NCBI RefSeq assembly: GCF_009914755.1 | Contig: NC_060937.1 | Reading direction: 5' to 3' (one strand) | From: the human T2T-CHM13v2.0 reference genome, Homo sapiens | Length of the DNA: 64,000 nucleotides | In this document: positions 30,895 through 48,444 of the stretch, piece by piece | How the letters are laid out: each line of letters begins with the position of its first letter | How positions within the stretch are numbered: position 1 is the first letter of the stretch | Program-made: the position numbers and the translations under genes | The notes under the pieces: generated by a model | The model's database searches: none | The model's input: only the letters and a program-made list of their open reading frames with translations | What the model was told of the DNA's origin: nothing

Positions 30895-32784
30895 ACAACA
30901 GCATTAGTAACTTTTTATTCTCAAAGTGATAAAAGCATTTAACATATACTTTACAGTATAAACAAATTAAGTACTATGCATTTTGCTTATAAAGTGACAA
31001 AGTATTTTAAGCATTATATAATTCAATTTGTACAAAAAGTAAATTTCCAAATACAAGCTTTGGTTAGTAGAACTGATTATGTACTGTCAAATCCATTTTT
31101 CCAAAGTTGTTCAAGGAAAAACAACAACTTGACTAGCACAGGTAATTCTTGTACAATCAGAGCTTTTTACTATTTAGAAGGAGGGGATATATTACTATAA
31201 TTGCTGTTAATTTTCGAATCTAGATAAGCCTTTTTTCTTCTCATATGTTGCTGTAGGAGAGCATATCATCACTTTTGGAAAGCAAAAATTATGTAGAAAA
31301 TCACCTTTTGCTTTATTCTTAAGAAGGCCATCCGTTTTAAAAGTAGATCTAAGACTGTTAGCTTCCTTAACTACTGAGACACTTTCTAAAAGTCACACTA
31401 CTGAAAAGAGCCGCTTTAAGAATTAATGTATTCCACTGGGGTTAAATCATTTCTGATTTCCCTCAGGAGGGTAGTAATATCTACTAGCACTAGTGCCCAG
31501 AATCAAAGTTTATATCATCTAAAAAAACTCAACATTTTATAGACTCTACAATGCATGGATTACTTTTATTCATATGAAAGTAATATAAAATGTTACCTAA
31601 CTTAAATAATATAAAATATCGGTTTAACCAAATTAACAATCACAAAACTGCAGACATTTTTCTATTAAAGTTTTCCAGTTCACTGAGCAATATTTACTGA
31701 AAAATATGATTATGAACTTAAATATGTCCTCTTTAAAATTTGCTGTTTATGCTAGACTGTACAATGGTGCTCCCTTTATGATTTTTAAAAATTTTACTTA
31801 CATAACTATGTAATTCCAAAATAGAAAAGTGAGTGAGCCATCACTAAAATTTACTGGAAACTAATATTCTTTCATGGAAACAACTGATAAACATTTTAAA
31901 GTTCTATATTTATTTAAATTTGGCTTTTTAAAATAGGTAAGCTTTTCATTTCAATTATTGTTTAATACTTTAAAGCTAGTTTAAACAAAGATAAAACCAA
32001 GGAGAACTAGTAAAGCATTCCTTACTTTACATACAGTGCCTCAAGTGCCACATACATAATAACATATCACAAAAGAATGTATATGGTTTAGCAGATTACA
32101 GAGCAAACCTAAAAGTTTATACAAAGCTAAACACTGCCTCCCTTCTGTTCCATTTATTGTCTTTTAATTTGATCTTGGCTCTGTATTATCCTTCTATAAT
32201 ACCACTGTGTGACATCTATCAGTCTTCTAAGTGTTCTGATTACTTATATATACCTTTTTCTTTAAACAGCTTTGTAACATTTGAGAACATTCATCCAATC
32301 TTTTCCATTAGATATGATATATTCATTTTTCTCACAAAATGCTCACTTTCCTGAGCTATATTAAACACCTTATAACAGGTGTATGTGTAACTGAAGACCC
32401 TAAAATGTCAAGTTTACATTTTTTTTTAAATGCATAGAGAATATAACATTTCAGAAAACCTATTAGTACTTCTTGGATATTATAACATATAGGTTTTGTT
32501 TCCTTTAGACTGTAAACTGTTTAATACGTATAACTGGTTATTTCACATCCGAACCACATTAAAAAAAATTCGGAGATATGACTGCTATTACACTAAGGAA
32601 ACAAGTGGAATTTTCTGACCAAAACTCATTCATGGGTCTTCCGATAAACAATCTTTACATATACTGACTGAAGATATCAAATTTCTGTGCCACAAAATAG
32701 TAGAATTATATCAGAACTACAGCAAATAAAACTTTAATTATAATACATTTGCTTGAAATTAAGGTGCTATTCATCATGCAGTTT
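30895..32784 (-). other. FBXL3: FBXL3 3'UTR (AU-rich, no recognisable repeats, ~1.9 kb); candidate AATAAA at 30919-30914
   Basis: Follows the FBXL3 stop; tttatt on + strand; miR-181 seed match TGAATGT at 32293-32287. The 3' end is inferred. Confidence 0.7.
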
Positions 32785-33428
32785 TTACCAAGTGGGCATC
32801 ATGTCGGGAAACCACACCCTACCAAGATGCTTGGACACTTCCCAGTGAATCTGCTCCAAACTATACTTTTGGTCAGGAATTAGTACTTCTTCCATAATGG
32901 ATAATTGAGATAGGCGGCCACCACACATCTTCACAAACTCAACAAAGGCACTACATGAGACTTCACATTCCCCTAGTCCAATAGCTGACAAATTTTTGCA
33001 ACGTTCTGCAATGCGAATTAACTCTTCATCAAGTGGCCGTAATCCATTTGCACACACTACTAGTTCAACCAGTCTAGGGCATGTCATTCCCACACGGCCA
33101 AGCACATCTTTGCTTACTGATCTCCCAAAGTACAGATGGGTGGCAGGTATTTCATAGCGAAAGAAGGGGTCAAATTCTTCTTCATATAAAAAAAAATACA
33201 TCACTAAGTTCACTTTGGGTGAATGTCTGATGAAAGCATCCCAGCTACTCTTCTGAATAGTATGGAAGTGTGTCTGTCCAGGATTCTCACTGACTACATC
33301 AATGCGCAAATGTTCTAATCGAACATGTTTTTCAGAAGACAATGCAAGTAACAACTCATCACTCAATAAGTGGTAGTTCAGGGCTAGTTCTCTTAAGCCG
33401 TGACACTGATCAGCCACACAAAGGATAC
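32785..33428 (-). CDS. FBXL3: FBXL3 last coding exon (644 nt): LRRs, Cys358, Ile364, C-terminal DMMPTW tail
   Basis: tttcaag|[47 protein letters not shown]; matches the CRY-binding SCF F-box subunit. Confidence 0.97.
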
Positions 33429-34183
33429 CTTGAAAGAAAAAAAAAATTATTTGCAAGTTTTTGTAAAAGTTTATCTGTTGAAAAATTCAATCAAGTACAT
33501 GTCCCACAAAAGTTTGTCACAGTTCCCTTACCACAAAACTATATAATTTAAAATGTGCATAGTTGAATTAGAAGGGAAGTAACAAACATTTAAAATCTAT
33601 TACTAATTTTGTCTACAAGAAAATGAAACCAATTCTAAATCCCATCTATTAAAAAGAAATAAAACTCAGTTAACTCTGTCATTTAAAAAATACACCATCA
33701 CTAAGGTTAGGGCATTCCAGTAATGCACAGACAGTGCCATATTTTTAAAAAGTTATTACTAACACTAAACTTATAGGTTAGGTAATTACAGGACCACTGT
33801 GACGGAGGCCAAAGGACATTTTTTGAAGTTCAAAACCTAATCCTAATAAAAACAGAGTAAGATAGAACCATATAAAACTATGAATTAGGTAATGAAAGAA
33901 AACATTTACAAACTAAAGATTCTATCAAATGATCAAGTCTAATTGCTAATAGCATATAAGCAGCTTATTAAACTTATAAGAAAAAATACCAAGATATCAC
34001 TAAGTATGTCAAAAATAACTACTCAATTCACATTAATGGAAATATTCATTATGACTTTCGAAGCTCTAACATACCTAGAAAGCAGTTCCCTTAGATGATT
34101 CCCTATACTTAGGGTGCCATGCTTTATAACTTACCAAAACTATCATCCTAGCAACAGATGACATTGCAAAGGTCAATGTTTGA

Positions 34184-34492
<309 letters not shown>

Positions 34493-34896
34493 TACTATAA
34501 GAATTCTACCCCAAAGAGGCACCTTATATTACCTGGTAAGTTACCCATTCAATCCATTTCTTCCTTATGTTTAGAAACAGGGATAGGAACAAGAAAACAT
34601 ACACCGTATTTTCATCTATTTATTGTTACAAGTATGATGTGCCAGGTACTAGATGTTATCCCACAAATAATTTTAAAAATCTGGAAAAGTATTATTTCTA
34701 CTTTGAAGTGGAGACAGCTAGCTAAAAATAGCAAAGCTGCAATACAAACACAGGCTAAGTGACTCTTATGTCCATGCACTTAACTACTGCTTCAGAAATG
34801 ACAAGACAGAGGCCACCAATAAGCCATAGCTTTATAACAGTGGGAAAAGATAGGCATTAGAATTATCAGAAGAGATAAACTGAATTACCAGAATGA

Positions 34897-35907
<1,011 letters not shown>

Positions 35908-35987
35908 ACACACAGACATGGGAAATGGTAGCTAACCATTCAAATGAAAGAAACTGTGGAGTATCATTTAATAACTACAAAAGCAGT

Positions 35988-36585
35988 TGTGGCAGGCGTA
36001 ATTCTCAAAATGGCCTCCAAGATCCCACACCCTAATGCCTAGCATCTGTGAATTCCATAAGATATCATGCCCATGATTATGATATATGGTACAGCTGAGC
36101 ATATAAAAGATTATCTGGATGGTCCTAGTCTAATCATATGAGCCCCTTTTAAAGCAGTTTCCTCTGGCTGATTGCAGAAGAGGAAGTCAGAGAGATTCAA
36201 AATGCAAAGGGGACTCAATGTGTTATTGCTGGCTCTAAGCTAGAGGGGGCCAAAAAAGAAAAATCACAACCAGCCTCTAAGAGCAGAAAGACCCCCTAAC
36301 AGCCTCCTGCTGACAGCCAATAAGGAAACTGGATGTCAGTCCAACAATCACAAGGAACTAAATTCAGCCAATAACTTGAATGAGCGTGGAGGTGGATTCT
36401 TCTGCAGAGCCTCCAGGTAAGAGCCCAGCCTTCCTGACATTTTCCTCTCAGCCTTTTAAGATTTTAAGCAGAGAAGCCACTTGAGCCCTAACTACAGCTC
36501 TAATGTACAGAACAGTGGAGCAAATAAATGGGTGTTGGTTTAAGCTGCTTTGTGTATAGCTGTCAGTTATGTACCAGTAAGAACA
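35988..36585 (+). mobile_element. MaLR LTR (MLT1-type)
   Basis: tgtggcaggc..aaaatggcctccaagat..gaggaagtcagagagattcaaa..aataaatgggtgttggtttaagctgct. Confidence 0.8.
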
Positions 36586-36639
36586 TAGTTCCAAGTATTT
36601 AAAAACATAACACAGTGACAAAAGTAAAATAAAACTAGG

Positions 36640-37910
<1,271 letters not shown>

Positions 37911-38370
37911 TTGGTGATTAGTGGTGGTACTATAAATTCATACAACTCATTTGGAAAAAATATGGCAAAAAGCACAAAGACCTTTGTCCTAGGACTTCCA
38001 CTTCTTAAGAATGTACCCTAAGGAAGAAATTAATACAAGCAAACTGCTATAAGCCAATTTTTTTTTTAATCACAGCAAAAAAGGTAAAAACAAGTGTCCA
38101 ACTTTAGAACTATAATGCAATGTTGGCTTTATAGGGAACTAAGTAACTAAATGTTCATTAGTTCAACCTGATAATTAATATTAAGGAAGCAACAGGCAAA
38201 CTAACCTAGAGGTCCAGTTACAGACAATTATAACAACTATAGGAAATGAAAGAAAATTGATTAAATGTTCAGTGAGGAAAGTAGAATACAGTCCCTAATT
38301 TCAACTTAGAGAAACTGTCCAAATATGCAAAAGATAGATAGAAAATATGAAAATATGAAATTTCAACTGA

Positions 38371-38713
<343 letters not shown>

Positions 38714-38770
38714 TAAAAAGTATTCTTTCTCTTCCCTTCCCTTCCTGAAGAACTAGTCCAAAAGTCATTA

Positions 38771-39481
38771 TGAAACCAACTTTGCAAAATTATGACCGTG
38801 AAAGAAATCAGACCTAACCGACCCTATCTTGCTTCTAACCCTTAAGCTGCCCTGGTTCATTCCTGGGCATAGGCCGAATTAACTTTGGGAAGGAATTCGG
38901 TTCACGGTTTGACTCTGAAACAAAACTGGTAACCGCCGTTTCACAAAAAGACCCCTCCTTCTTGCCGGGGTCCAGTCTGCCTTTGCAGGACTTCCAAACT
39001 AGCTACAAGATTAGAAATTACAATGTGGGGGTCATGAAGCCTCTGGCTCCAAGAGTCTGAACCTCCCCAAATTGCTCCTGGCAATAACATGATTATTGTA
39101 AAACCTAAGAACAGTGCTTGAGATATTTTGCAAACCCTGCACTAGATGGATCAGCTGACACCATCCAGACTGGTAATCTGGGCCAACTGGTTCTGCCATG
39201 GCACCTAGGAACAGAAGACATTAAGAAAACCTAACTCTGACCCCTTATAATTCCATCTCCAAACTGACCAATCAGCACTTCCCAAGCCCCTACCTGCCAA
39301 ATTATCTTTAAAAATTCTGATCTCCAAATGCTCGGGAAGACTGATTTGAGTAATAACAAAACTCTAGTCTCCCACACAGCCGGCTCTGCGTGAATTACTC
39401 TTTCTTCATTGCAATTCCCATCTTGATAAATCGGTTCTGTCTGGGCAACGGACAAGGTGAACCCATTGGGCGGATCCCACA
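38771..39481 (+). mobile_element. LTR8-like ERV1 solo LTR
   Basis: TG..CA termini (tgaaaccaactttgcaaaattatg..aaggtgaacccattgggcgg..ca), 4-bp TSD atta. Confidence 0.85.
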
Positions 39482-41044
39482 ATTAAGTGGGATCAAGTAA
39501 GCTTATACTATACTATCAGAACTGTTGTGTATATTTAATAAAAATGAATGAACACAGAATATACCAGAATAAAGAGAACTATGAACTCACAGTTTTATAG
39601 AGAAATCAGAGACATAAAGACTCATACAATGTGTTAAATGCTAGCAATAAAGTTCACAGTGTTCTGGAAATACACAGGTAGGAAATCTCAACCAGAAAGG
39701 AGAAGTTCCCTTCTCCTACGTTGACAGGCAGGTCAACAAAGATCACATCTGAGCTGAATTCTGAAGCCTGGGCTGGCTGGAGTTAGCAAGGGGAAGTTAA
39801 AACATTTGAGCAAGTATTCCACAGGGTAAAGTGTACTGAGCAACCACAAACAAAGGTAACAAACAAAAATCTGTAGTTCCATAGGACCCAAGTAAAAGCT
39901 CCACGTGAGTGACCAGCAAGAGACAGGTGGAGGTCAAGATACAAAAGGACCTTGTACACTATGAAGCCAGGAAGCACAGACTTTACTCTGAAAGCAGAGC
40001 TATACAGTAAATATAAAAATGTAATCAAGGTCATATAAGAACTAACTGCCAAAGCCTATTCTTAACTTCTGTTTTATAACAGGCAGTGGTAATCTGTAAG
40101 TGGCAGAGAGGGCTAAGAAAATACAATAGACCTAGCCATTCTCATCACCAGGAGTCTCCTGTGGGAGAAAAGAGAATGAGCAAGGAGACTTGGGAGAATG
40201 AGCAAGCAATCTCCATCTAAAATGGAATCATTTCTTAGGAGAAGGCTGACCTTTGGCAATGGCAAGAAGGTTGGAAGTGTTTTTGTAAAGATCAAAGATT
40301 TGTCACTATACCTTAAAGAACAGGTTTCCCAAATAACACAGCTAAAGGATCAGCAAACATGTCAATAGTGGGAGGAGTCAGAAATTAAACAGCAGACAGT
40401 AGTATAATACAGTAGTAGGGTTTATACTCTCTTTTCAATACAAACCACCTGGAATTTAAGTAATCTCAAACTGAATAATGTAGTAATGCTCAGAAAATCC
40501 TATATAAGAGAAACTGGAAAGAGCTATTATAATGCTCTTCTTGCATTTGATGGGTTCTTGGCTCCAAAATTCAACTTAGGAAAAACATCATCTTGCAAAA
40601 TCTAAGGCTACCACTTAGTACAACTTAGTTGTACAACTTAGTACAACTCTTCTCCCTCTACATAGTGAGAAGAAAAGCAATTATGTGACTGCTCTGACTC
40701 AAAATCTACCCTATTAGCTCAACTACAATGAGAAAAAACTCTACTGTAATTAATGGAGCACCTCAGGCTGACCTCATACTGTCCCTTCCTCTTTTTTTTC
40801 CTGTTCATTTTCTAGCATGTGCTATTCATAAATTTATCAAATAAGATTAGAAAATAAGCTGAAAGTCAGTGTCTAGGCTAGTAACCCTACAGAACTTATG
40901 CTATTCTATTACTACATTAAAAATATTTTAAAGAGATGAAGCAGTCATATTAATCCACCTTCAAGGTTAATGATCATAGTTTTTTCTAATTTGAACATAG
41001 CAATGCATTTTACTAAAATGTGTCTAGCAAAAAACACAACATAC

Positions 41045-41216
41045 CTGCTGGAGAGACATGAGGACAGCTGCTCATTTTCAACAGCTTGAGTGTATCACTA
41101 TTGTTGGCCACTAGTACTTTGAGAGATGGATCATCTACTGGAGTATCATCTATCTTAAGCGAAGACAGGGATTTGGAGTTTACGAACACAACTGTCAGTG
41201 CAGAGATAAAGTGAGA
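41045..41216 (-). CDS. FBXL3: FBXL3 coding exon (172 nt)
   Basis: tttcag|[42 protein letters not shown]|gtatgt. Confidence 0.97.
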
Positions 41217-41839
41217 CTGAAAAGCCAAAAAAATAAAATAAAAATTATTTCAATTTTTAGAAATGAGAATCAAGGGGTTTCCTAGTACTACAGTTTATCT
41301 GAACCATAATGACATATTAATATTTTGTAAATGTTTTAGGGGTGGCATCCCTTCACTCTGTTGTTGGGAATATGGTAAAAATAGGTGACTATCTGTCATC
41401 TTTGAGAAGAGTCTATTTATGTGTGGGGGAAAAAAGCATTTCAAGCCTCAGGATAAGTGTCTCTAAATCAGAGAAACCACTGGTAAGTAAAAAGAGGAAT
41501 TCTGGAACCCAGGATGAGAATCTCTCTCAGACACTTCATTTTGCCATATCTGGAAACCCTAGTGTTCTATAACACTAAACTGCATTTCTTTTCTGTTTGA
41601 TAGTTATGACCACTAAATAGTAACTATTAACACCATCATTAAAAATTAATAATTTATTCAAAATCTATGACAGACTCATTTGAGATATGAAAACTCATAG
41701 AAAATTTGATTATAAAACAATCAAAATAATACTTAAAATTCCAAGTTTAAAACTCCTTCAAATGTTATCTACAATATTTTCAAGTCTTCTATTTTAATGT
41801 ATTTTGATCCACAAAAGCACCAATGAGTATCATTCATCA

Positions 41840-41907
41840 TATATGTATATATTTGTATGTATGTACATATGTGTATATACACACATACACACACACACGT
41901 TATATAT
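41840..41907. repeat. Imperfect (TA)n/(CA)n simple repeat
   Basis: atatgtatatatttgtatgtatgtacatatgtgtatatacacacatacacacacacac. Confidence 0.8.
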
Positions 41908-42176
41908 CTGTTGGACAGGATTTGATCTAAAGGAATCAATGTAGGCAAACAGGAATTAAAGCATTCTCAAAGTATGCAGCTCTCAATCGGAGCTAAGATA
42001 TGAGTTGAAACCACTGGGCAAAGAATCTAGGAGAGTAAAGAAAGGCTAATACATGGTCTAACACATTCCTCTCTACAAAACCAACTTCATGCTCCAGTTA
42101 AGCTTTATAAATTCTCTACAGGAGTGAAAAAGGATAAGGGCAGGCTAAGAGCCAAGAAAGTATAATGAAACATTAC

Positions 42177-42465
42177 TTTTTTTTTTTTTTGAGACAGAGT
42201 ACTGTTCTTGTCACCCAGGCTGGAGTGCACTGGCACTCCTTAGCTCACTACAACCTTGAACTCCTGAACTTAAGCAATCCTGTTTCATCCTCCCTAGTAG
42301 CTAAGACTATAGGTGTGAGCCACCATACCCAGCTAACTTTTTTTTTTTGTAGAGATGGGTCTTGCTATGCTGCCCAGGCTGATCTTGAACTCCTGGCCAC
42401 AACAGAACCTCCTGCCTCGGCTTCCCAAAGTACTCCGATTATAGCTGTGAGCTACCACACCCAAC
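42177..42465 (-). mobile_element. Alu (diverged AluJ-like)
   Basis: Reverse dimer; TSD-like aaacattact / aaacactacc. Confidence 0.88.
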
Positions 42466-44233
42466 CAAAACACTACCTTCTTGATCACAATTCCCTAATT
42501 TACTTTTTCCCTACTGTGATTAAACAACTGGTTAACTAGATTTTGATAAACTATTTAACTACTTAAATGTTAATATTTTTCTCCTAATATTTTCATATCA
42601 AACTCAATTATATCTTGTACAAACATATTTCATTTGCAGTCTAATGAGTGCATCACTGACGTCTTTCCCCATTTCCCCAATTTAGCTCTGGACAAAAACA
42701 TTTCTCTATGTTCTCTTCAGTTCTCTTGGGATTTCCAAAATATTGCAACGCCCTACTTCAATCTTCTACCAAAGCCATAAAAGGAAAAGAAAAAAAGAAA
42801 AACAGTTATTAAGTATCCTAGCCTCACTTAATAAGGGAAGAAGCATTCTTTCCATTAGCTCCATTCATGGTTCCCAAATTAGTACTAGATATATGCATAG
42901 TGATAAGAAAAAAAAGAAAATTAAATTATGTTCAACATATCCTTTAATATGGTATACATACATACCATATGAGTCAGTATGTATATTTGTATTTTAGCTA
43001 TGGTAGGTACACTAAAAATCAATTCAGATTGTTTCATTTCCTATTTGAAGCTTGAAGGTGGCGCTATACCATGTAACTAGTATTTCTTAGCGTGAGTTCC
43101 TTTAACCATCTTAATCAGAATCACCTGGACTGCTCACAGGAAGAGAAGACTTAGAATCACCCCGAATTTGAAAAAGGGATAGAAATCCAAAATTTAGGAG
43201 GCTATTCAGAAGATTTTTACACATTAAGTCGGAGTACCACAATGATCTTTCTGTACTTAGGATCTTAAAATATTAAGATAATCAGATTCTCCTGCCCATT
43301 TCCCTTATTTTATATGTGAAGAAAAACATTTTATCTCAAAATATACATATGTAATGAAAATGTTTCAAAATCAATTAAGACTTTGACATCAACTGGTGAT
43401 TTATTTGGTACAGACATTCCACTGAAACGACCACTTGGGTTAATATATTCAATTTAGTTATATTCCCTCCTCAATCATCCTAGTACATTAAACTACTAGA
43501 TACTTAAAAGGGTGTCTATATTTTAGTTTTCAGTGTCTTCTGGGAAAAAAATATCAAATTATTGTTGGATACTAACCTATTAACCATTAGCTAACATATT
43601 CAGACACCTTTACCAGTTGCCTTTCTAAAAATGCACCCTTCTTATTTTTGTATTTTAAGAGAATAGTTGTGAGAGAGAGACACGATCTCTGATTATATGC
43701 AGGATCATGTTAGAATATATATAAGAATATATGTTAACTTTTCACCCAAAGAAAGGATGTCTTTAAGTCTGTAAATTAATCTAAACTGTGCTGAGACTAA
43801 CTTTGGTCATGATTAAATCTTTCCAGAACATTTGCCAAAAGATTTTAGAAGCTATACCTGCTCTCAATATTGGCACTCTACTTTTCTTTGATTCTAACTT
43901 CACCAACCTGCTCTGGAAGCCCCAAAATGAGTATCTATGTGTCCCTTTTTTTCTAATATGCTTGACTCTATTTTACTTACTGAATTTCTTTTAATACTTC
44001 CTATAGACGCCTCTGTAAATTTCTTTAACCATACCAATTTAGAAGTATGGTGATTTAAAAAAAAAAAAAAAAAGCTTAAAAAAATACTATTTATTTTCAT
44101 CCTAAATAGTAACTGGTTTTCCATTATGTATATATATAACTTTCCTTATACTCACACTGTCAATACAAAAAAAAAAGATTAGACTTTCACTGAATTTCTC
44201 AGTAATAGATAATAAAACAAAAACAGCAGATAC

Positions 44234-44356
44234 CTTTGGTAAATCCATAAAGCTTGGTCGAGCAGTTGAAATAAGTCCAAGTGTTTTTAAAGAGCAATTC
44301 ACAAGTTGCGATAGTATATCACAAGCTGCTTCAGCTGATTCCTTGCTGCTGTCCAC
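44234..44356 (-). CDS. FBXL3: FBXL3 coding exon (123 nt)
   Basis: ctaag|[41 protein letters not shown]|gtatct. Confidence 0.97.
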
Positions 44357-45164
44357 CTTAGAAAAGAAACACCGTTTACTCATGAATATTTTATTATTTT
44401 TTTACTTTTTTCCCCAAATACCCAGACTTCAAGATTACTCATGTATATATTTATATTTCTCTGTACACATATTCATTTTATAGAAGTATCATTACTAGTT
44501 TATTGCATTATAACTTAAAGAATATTCTTTCAATCATCCACCCTCCACCCTCACCTCCAACTTGGCCTTTTCTAAGTCTCTCTGAAAAAGTATAAGGGCA
44601 ATTGTCAAGACAAGACCTAGCTTTCATTATGATAAGAGACATATTTAATGTTGGCTTTTACACTGATTTATTCCAAAGTGACTGTATAAACTAATGGAGT
44701 AAATCAATTTATAGTCTTTAAAAAATAATTATGTATTTGGTAGTGGATCACATAATAGATGTAAATACAGTGTCTATGGTATGCAATAAAAACTAAGTAT
44801 TTACTCAAAATGTTCACGTGTATCACAACCTGGGATTCATCATTAATGTTATTAATGGAAAGATGTGAAGTAAAATGAGTGTACTGGACCAGTCAGGCAT
44901 GAAAATCTAAACTAAATAAGATGTAGCTATTCTCACACATACTTCTGCAAAGACATTTCCTAAGGGAAGGATAAAGGGCCAAAAAATCCCTCAAGGATGT
45001 AAAAAGGAGTTCATCCATCAAAAAGTTAGTTGTTTCCTGGGAAGCACCTTAAAACAGTTAAAAGGATATTATTAATTTCCAGATTCATATACACTACTTT
45101 ATCCCAAAAATGTTAAGAGTGGATTGTAAAACTAATGTGCTAATTATATTAGTTTCAGAGCTAC

Positions 45165-45350
45165 TTATAGATAATATGTGGTCCCTGAGACTAGCAGCAT
45201 CAACATCACCTGGGAACTTAAATGGGAACAAATGTTCATACCCAACCCAGACCATCTGAATCAGAAACTGTGGGGGTGGGACCAGCAATTTTTGGCTTTA
45301 CAAGCCCTTCAGGTGATTTTGATGCACATAAAGTTAGAGAACCACTCTTC
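45165..45350. mobile_element. MER5A-type DNA transposon
   Basis: gtggtccctgagactagcagcatcaacatcacctgggaactt..tgaatcagaaact..caggtgatttt..gagaaccact. Confidence 0.8.
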
Positions 45351-45819
45351 TAGACTAAAAATTCTAACTATAAGCCTCCTTGGTCTATAATCAGTGAAGA
45401 CTATCAGGAGAGCCCAGAAGAATCCTGTGATGTGACTCTTTTTTGTAAATCAGAAATTATTTCCTCAGGAAAATTAAAAAAAAAACCCTACTAAAAATGT
45501 TCAACTTTTGCACAAATGATTTTATGAGGGTTATACTAGATACACCTGAATTGTATCACAGGGCTATAAAAATGACCCAGCAAATCTACTAGGTGGAACT
45601 GGACTTTAAGACCTATCAGAGGAATGTATTTGTATTATACTCATCTTTGTATACAATTTACCATTAGAACACTCTTACACAATTCAAAGATAACTAAAAC
45701 CAAACAGAAACCTCTTTAGCCTTCTTCCCTGGGGGTATGGGGATGAGTCCTGAATTTTTGTTTGATCCCCCTACCCTTGCCCCCAGTTAGGATCGCAAGA
45801 TAATATACTAGACACCAAT

Positions 45820-45968
45820 TAAGTTTCACGTAAACAACAGATATTTTTTAGCATTAAAGATGTCCTAAACATTAAAAGGGATGTAACTATACTAAAAATT
45901 ATTCATTGATTATCCGAAATTCAAATTTAAATACTCATCTTACATTTTTATTTGTAAAACCTGGCAAT
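45820..45968. mobile_element. MER53-like hAT remnant
   Basis: ttatccgaaattcaaatttaaa..tttttatttgtaaaacctggcaa. Confidence 0.55.
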
Positions 45969-46364
45969 CAGTGGCCTAAGCGCCTTTGTGCAGTTTTCTG
46001 GGAAAAAAAAGGCAAAAACATATCCAACCATTCCCACCACCAATTCTCTCCTCCTCCTTGGACAGACATGGGAGAATAAGCAGGTAATCTCCACCTAAGA
46101 GGAAATTACATTCTTCGAGGGAAGACAAGATTTTAGTTATGGCCAGAAGCTCTGGGTTAAGAACTACTGTTCTGCCTAGGTTTAGCCTGGACTATTCAGC
46201 AACTGCTTGTGTCCAGATAAATCAAGTATTCATGCATTGTTTTTTTTTTTTCAATAAGTTATTTGCTACCACAAAATCTGGTGTTTAAAGATCCAGTAAA
46301 CATGTCCATATTTCATTATTCATCACCCAAACAAAACATGACAAGCCTCACACAAACCACTGTG

Positions 46365-46532
46365 ATTTTTTATTTTTTTAAATAGAGACAGGGTCTCGCT
46401 CTGTCACCAAGGCTGTAGTACAGCTGCACAATCATAGCTCACCACAACCTCAAACTCCTGGGCTCATGCAATCTTCCCGCCTCAGCCTCCTGAGAAGCTG
46501 GGACTATGGGACTACAGGTACCCACATCCAGC
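46365..46532 (-). mobile_element. Alu monomer (FLAM/FRAM-like)
   Basis: gagacagggtctcgctctgtcacc..ctgggactacagg. Confidence 0.8.
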
Positions 46533-47147
46533 TATGATTTCTTAAATTATTCTGGATATCGCAAAAAGCCACCCACTTCATTTATCTCATCACTGCATGA
46601 TTTCCAATACCTTCCTTCCAGCAACAAAAAGAAATAAACAGTTCCCTTTGGCATTCTCCCATGTACCTTTTTCTATTTCTCTCTAAAATATATTCATCTA
46701 AATCTTCTACATAAAGTTTCTATGCTTCCTTTTCATCTGAAGATCCCATTTCAAAAAGCCATCAGTAAGTAACACTAAGTTCCTGTTAGATAGAAATAGC
46801 AATTAAGCTCTACTCAATTATAATCTCCCAATTTTTATTTTATTAGATATTTCTTCTTCCTCAAAATCGTTCACAATAATTCAATGTAATTCACAGCTTT
46901 ATCAATGACTTATGCTTATTTAGTGGCTGCTTTTGCTGTTTTAAGAAATTATTAATAATTAATAGAGTAATTTAGCTCCATCAAATATAATATTTTGTGA
47001 CAGCTTCTAAGGTATACAATAATTCTAAATTTTTAAGCATTTTCCCTGAAAAAGCAAATATTTTAAAGGCATGAGAAGATGTACTGGTTTAGGAAACAAA
47101 GCCACTAAAAATACTTTATTTTTTAAAAGAAGGATTTAAAATATTAC

Positions 47148-47495
47148 CTTGAAGCTGACATATTGTAGATGGTTTGAATGTCTTTTAATAATCTGTTTGA
47201 TCAGCTCTGGATGGGTAGCTTTCAAATAAGATGTAGCTGGCTGATTCAGTTCAAATTCAAAACATCTCCACAAGTCAGGCATGTGAAATACCTGGTTCCA
47301 GTTGCGGCAAACTTGTGAAGCATGAGCCCGGTCAAGAAGAGGCAAATATTTAAATACTTGGAGAATAATGTCCTGAAGGAGATTACCCCAATCACAAGTC
47401 TGAGAATGCTCATTTGTAGTCCTCAGTTTCTTGGATTTCTCTGCAGTTCCTTCTTCTGATGAATTACGGTCACTATCTCTTCCTCCTCGTTTCAT
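47148..47495 (-). CDS. FBXL3: FBXL3 first coding exon (348 nt coding; exon starts at 47496), F-box domain
   Basis: aatag|G ATG; [50 protein letters not shown] (F-box)..YVSFK|gtaata; coding exons sum to 1287 nt. Confidence 0.97.
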
Positions 47496-47965
47496 CCTAT
47501 TCCGAAAAATGCATCAGTTTTTTTCCTACTCAACTTTTGAATAGAAATAAACTCAAAATTCATTCTTCTGTCACTGAGATGTGTGTTTATATACACAAAC
47601 ATGCAGGAAAAACTGGATCAGTAATTCAAGAATACCAAAACAAACTATTATGAAAAATGCCAATGAAGGCCAACAATGGTTTTATAAATTTTACACTTTT
47701 TTGGCATGTTTTTAAACATCTACATTTATCAGTATAATATACAGTATATACTACATGGGAGAGAGTATTATGATTTTGAAACTATGCTAAGAATTTATAT
47801 TTCAAAAGTTGTGGTCAACTTAACTAAAATGAATATAAAAGGGAACCTACAGCGATACTTTGTAAAGGTTTCTTAAAAGTCATCTAAGGATATTTGTTCT
47901 TGAATTCGAGGCCAACCAGGGTCCCAAGAACCTCCAGAGAGGATGTTCCACATTTAATAGTCTAT

Positions 47966-48200
47966 ACAGGGGTCCTGTGGTTCTGGCCTGAGGACCAGAA
48001 CTGGGCCCCATAGCAGGAAGTGAGCAAGCTTTACAGTCTGAACTCCTCCTCCTGTCAGATCAGCAGCTACATTAGATTCTCATAGGAGTGAGAATCTTAT
48101 TGTGAAATGTCCACATGAGGGATCTAGGTTGTGCGCTCCTTATGAGACTCTTAATGCCTGATGATCTGAGGTGGAACAGTTTCTTCCTGAAATCACCCCC
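47966..48200. mobile_element. MER1B-like hAT-Charlie remnant
   Basis: cctcctgtcagatcagcag..cattagattctcataggag..gggatctaggttgtgcgctccttatgaga..taatgcctgatgatctgaggtggaacagttt. Confidence 0.85.
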
Positions 48201-48444
48201 TGCCACGGACAGGCACTGGGCTATGCTATGTGTTACTGCCAGACATTTCTTAACTCCGCCTAAAATAAGCAAAACCACCCCTACTATGAATTGTTTGGTC
48301 TGGAATGTAGCTGCTTCTTCAAACACATCACTTAATATTGCACTGTTTTCCCCAAGTTGTGTTTCTGAATTATACCTATTTGTTTATTCTATGTATTCTT
48401 AGCACTTTCATTCCATTAGTTTCTTTGAAAGATAGTTTTTTCAT

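Noticed and set aside
40614-40648. ttagtacaacttagttgtacaacttagtacaact mini-repeat with a palindrome
   Set aside because: Short slippage-type duplication with no supporting context.
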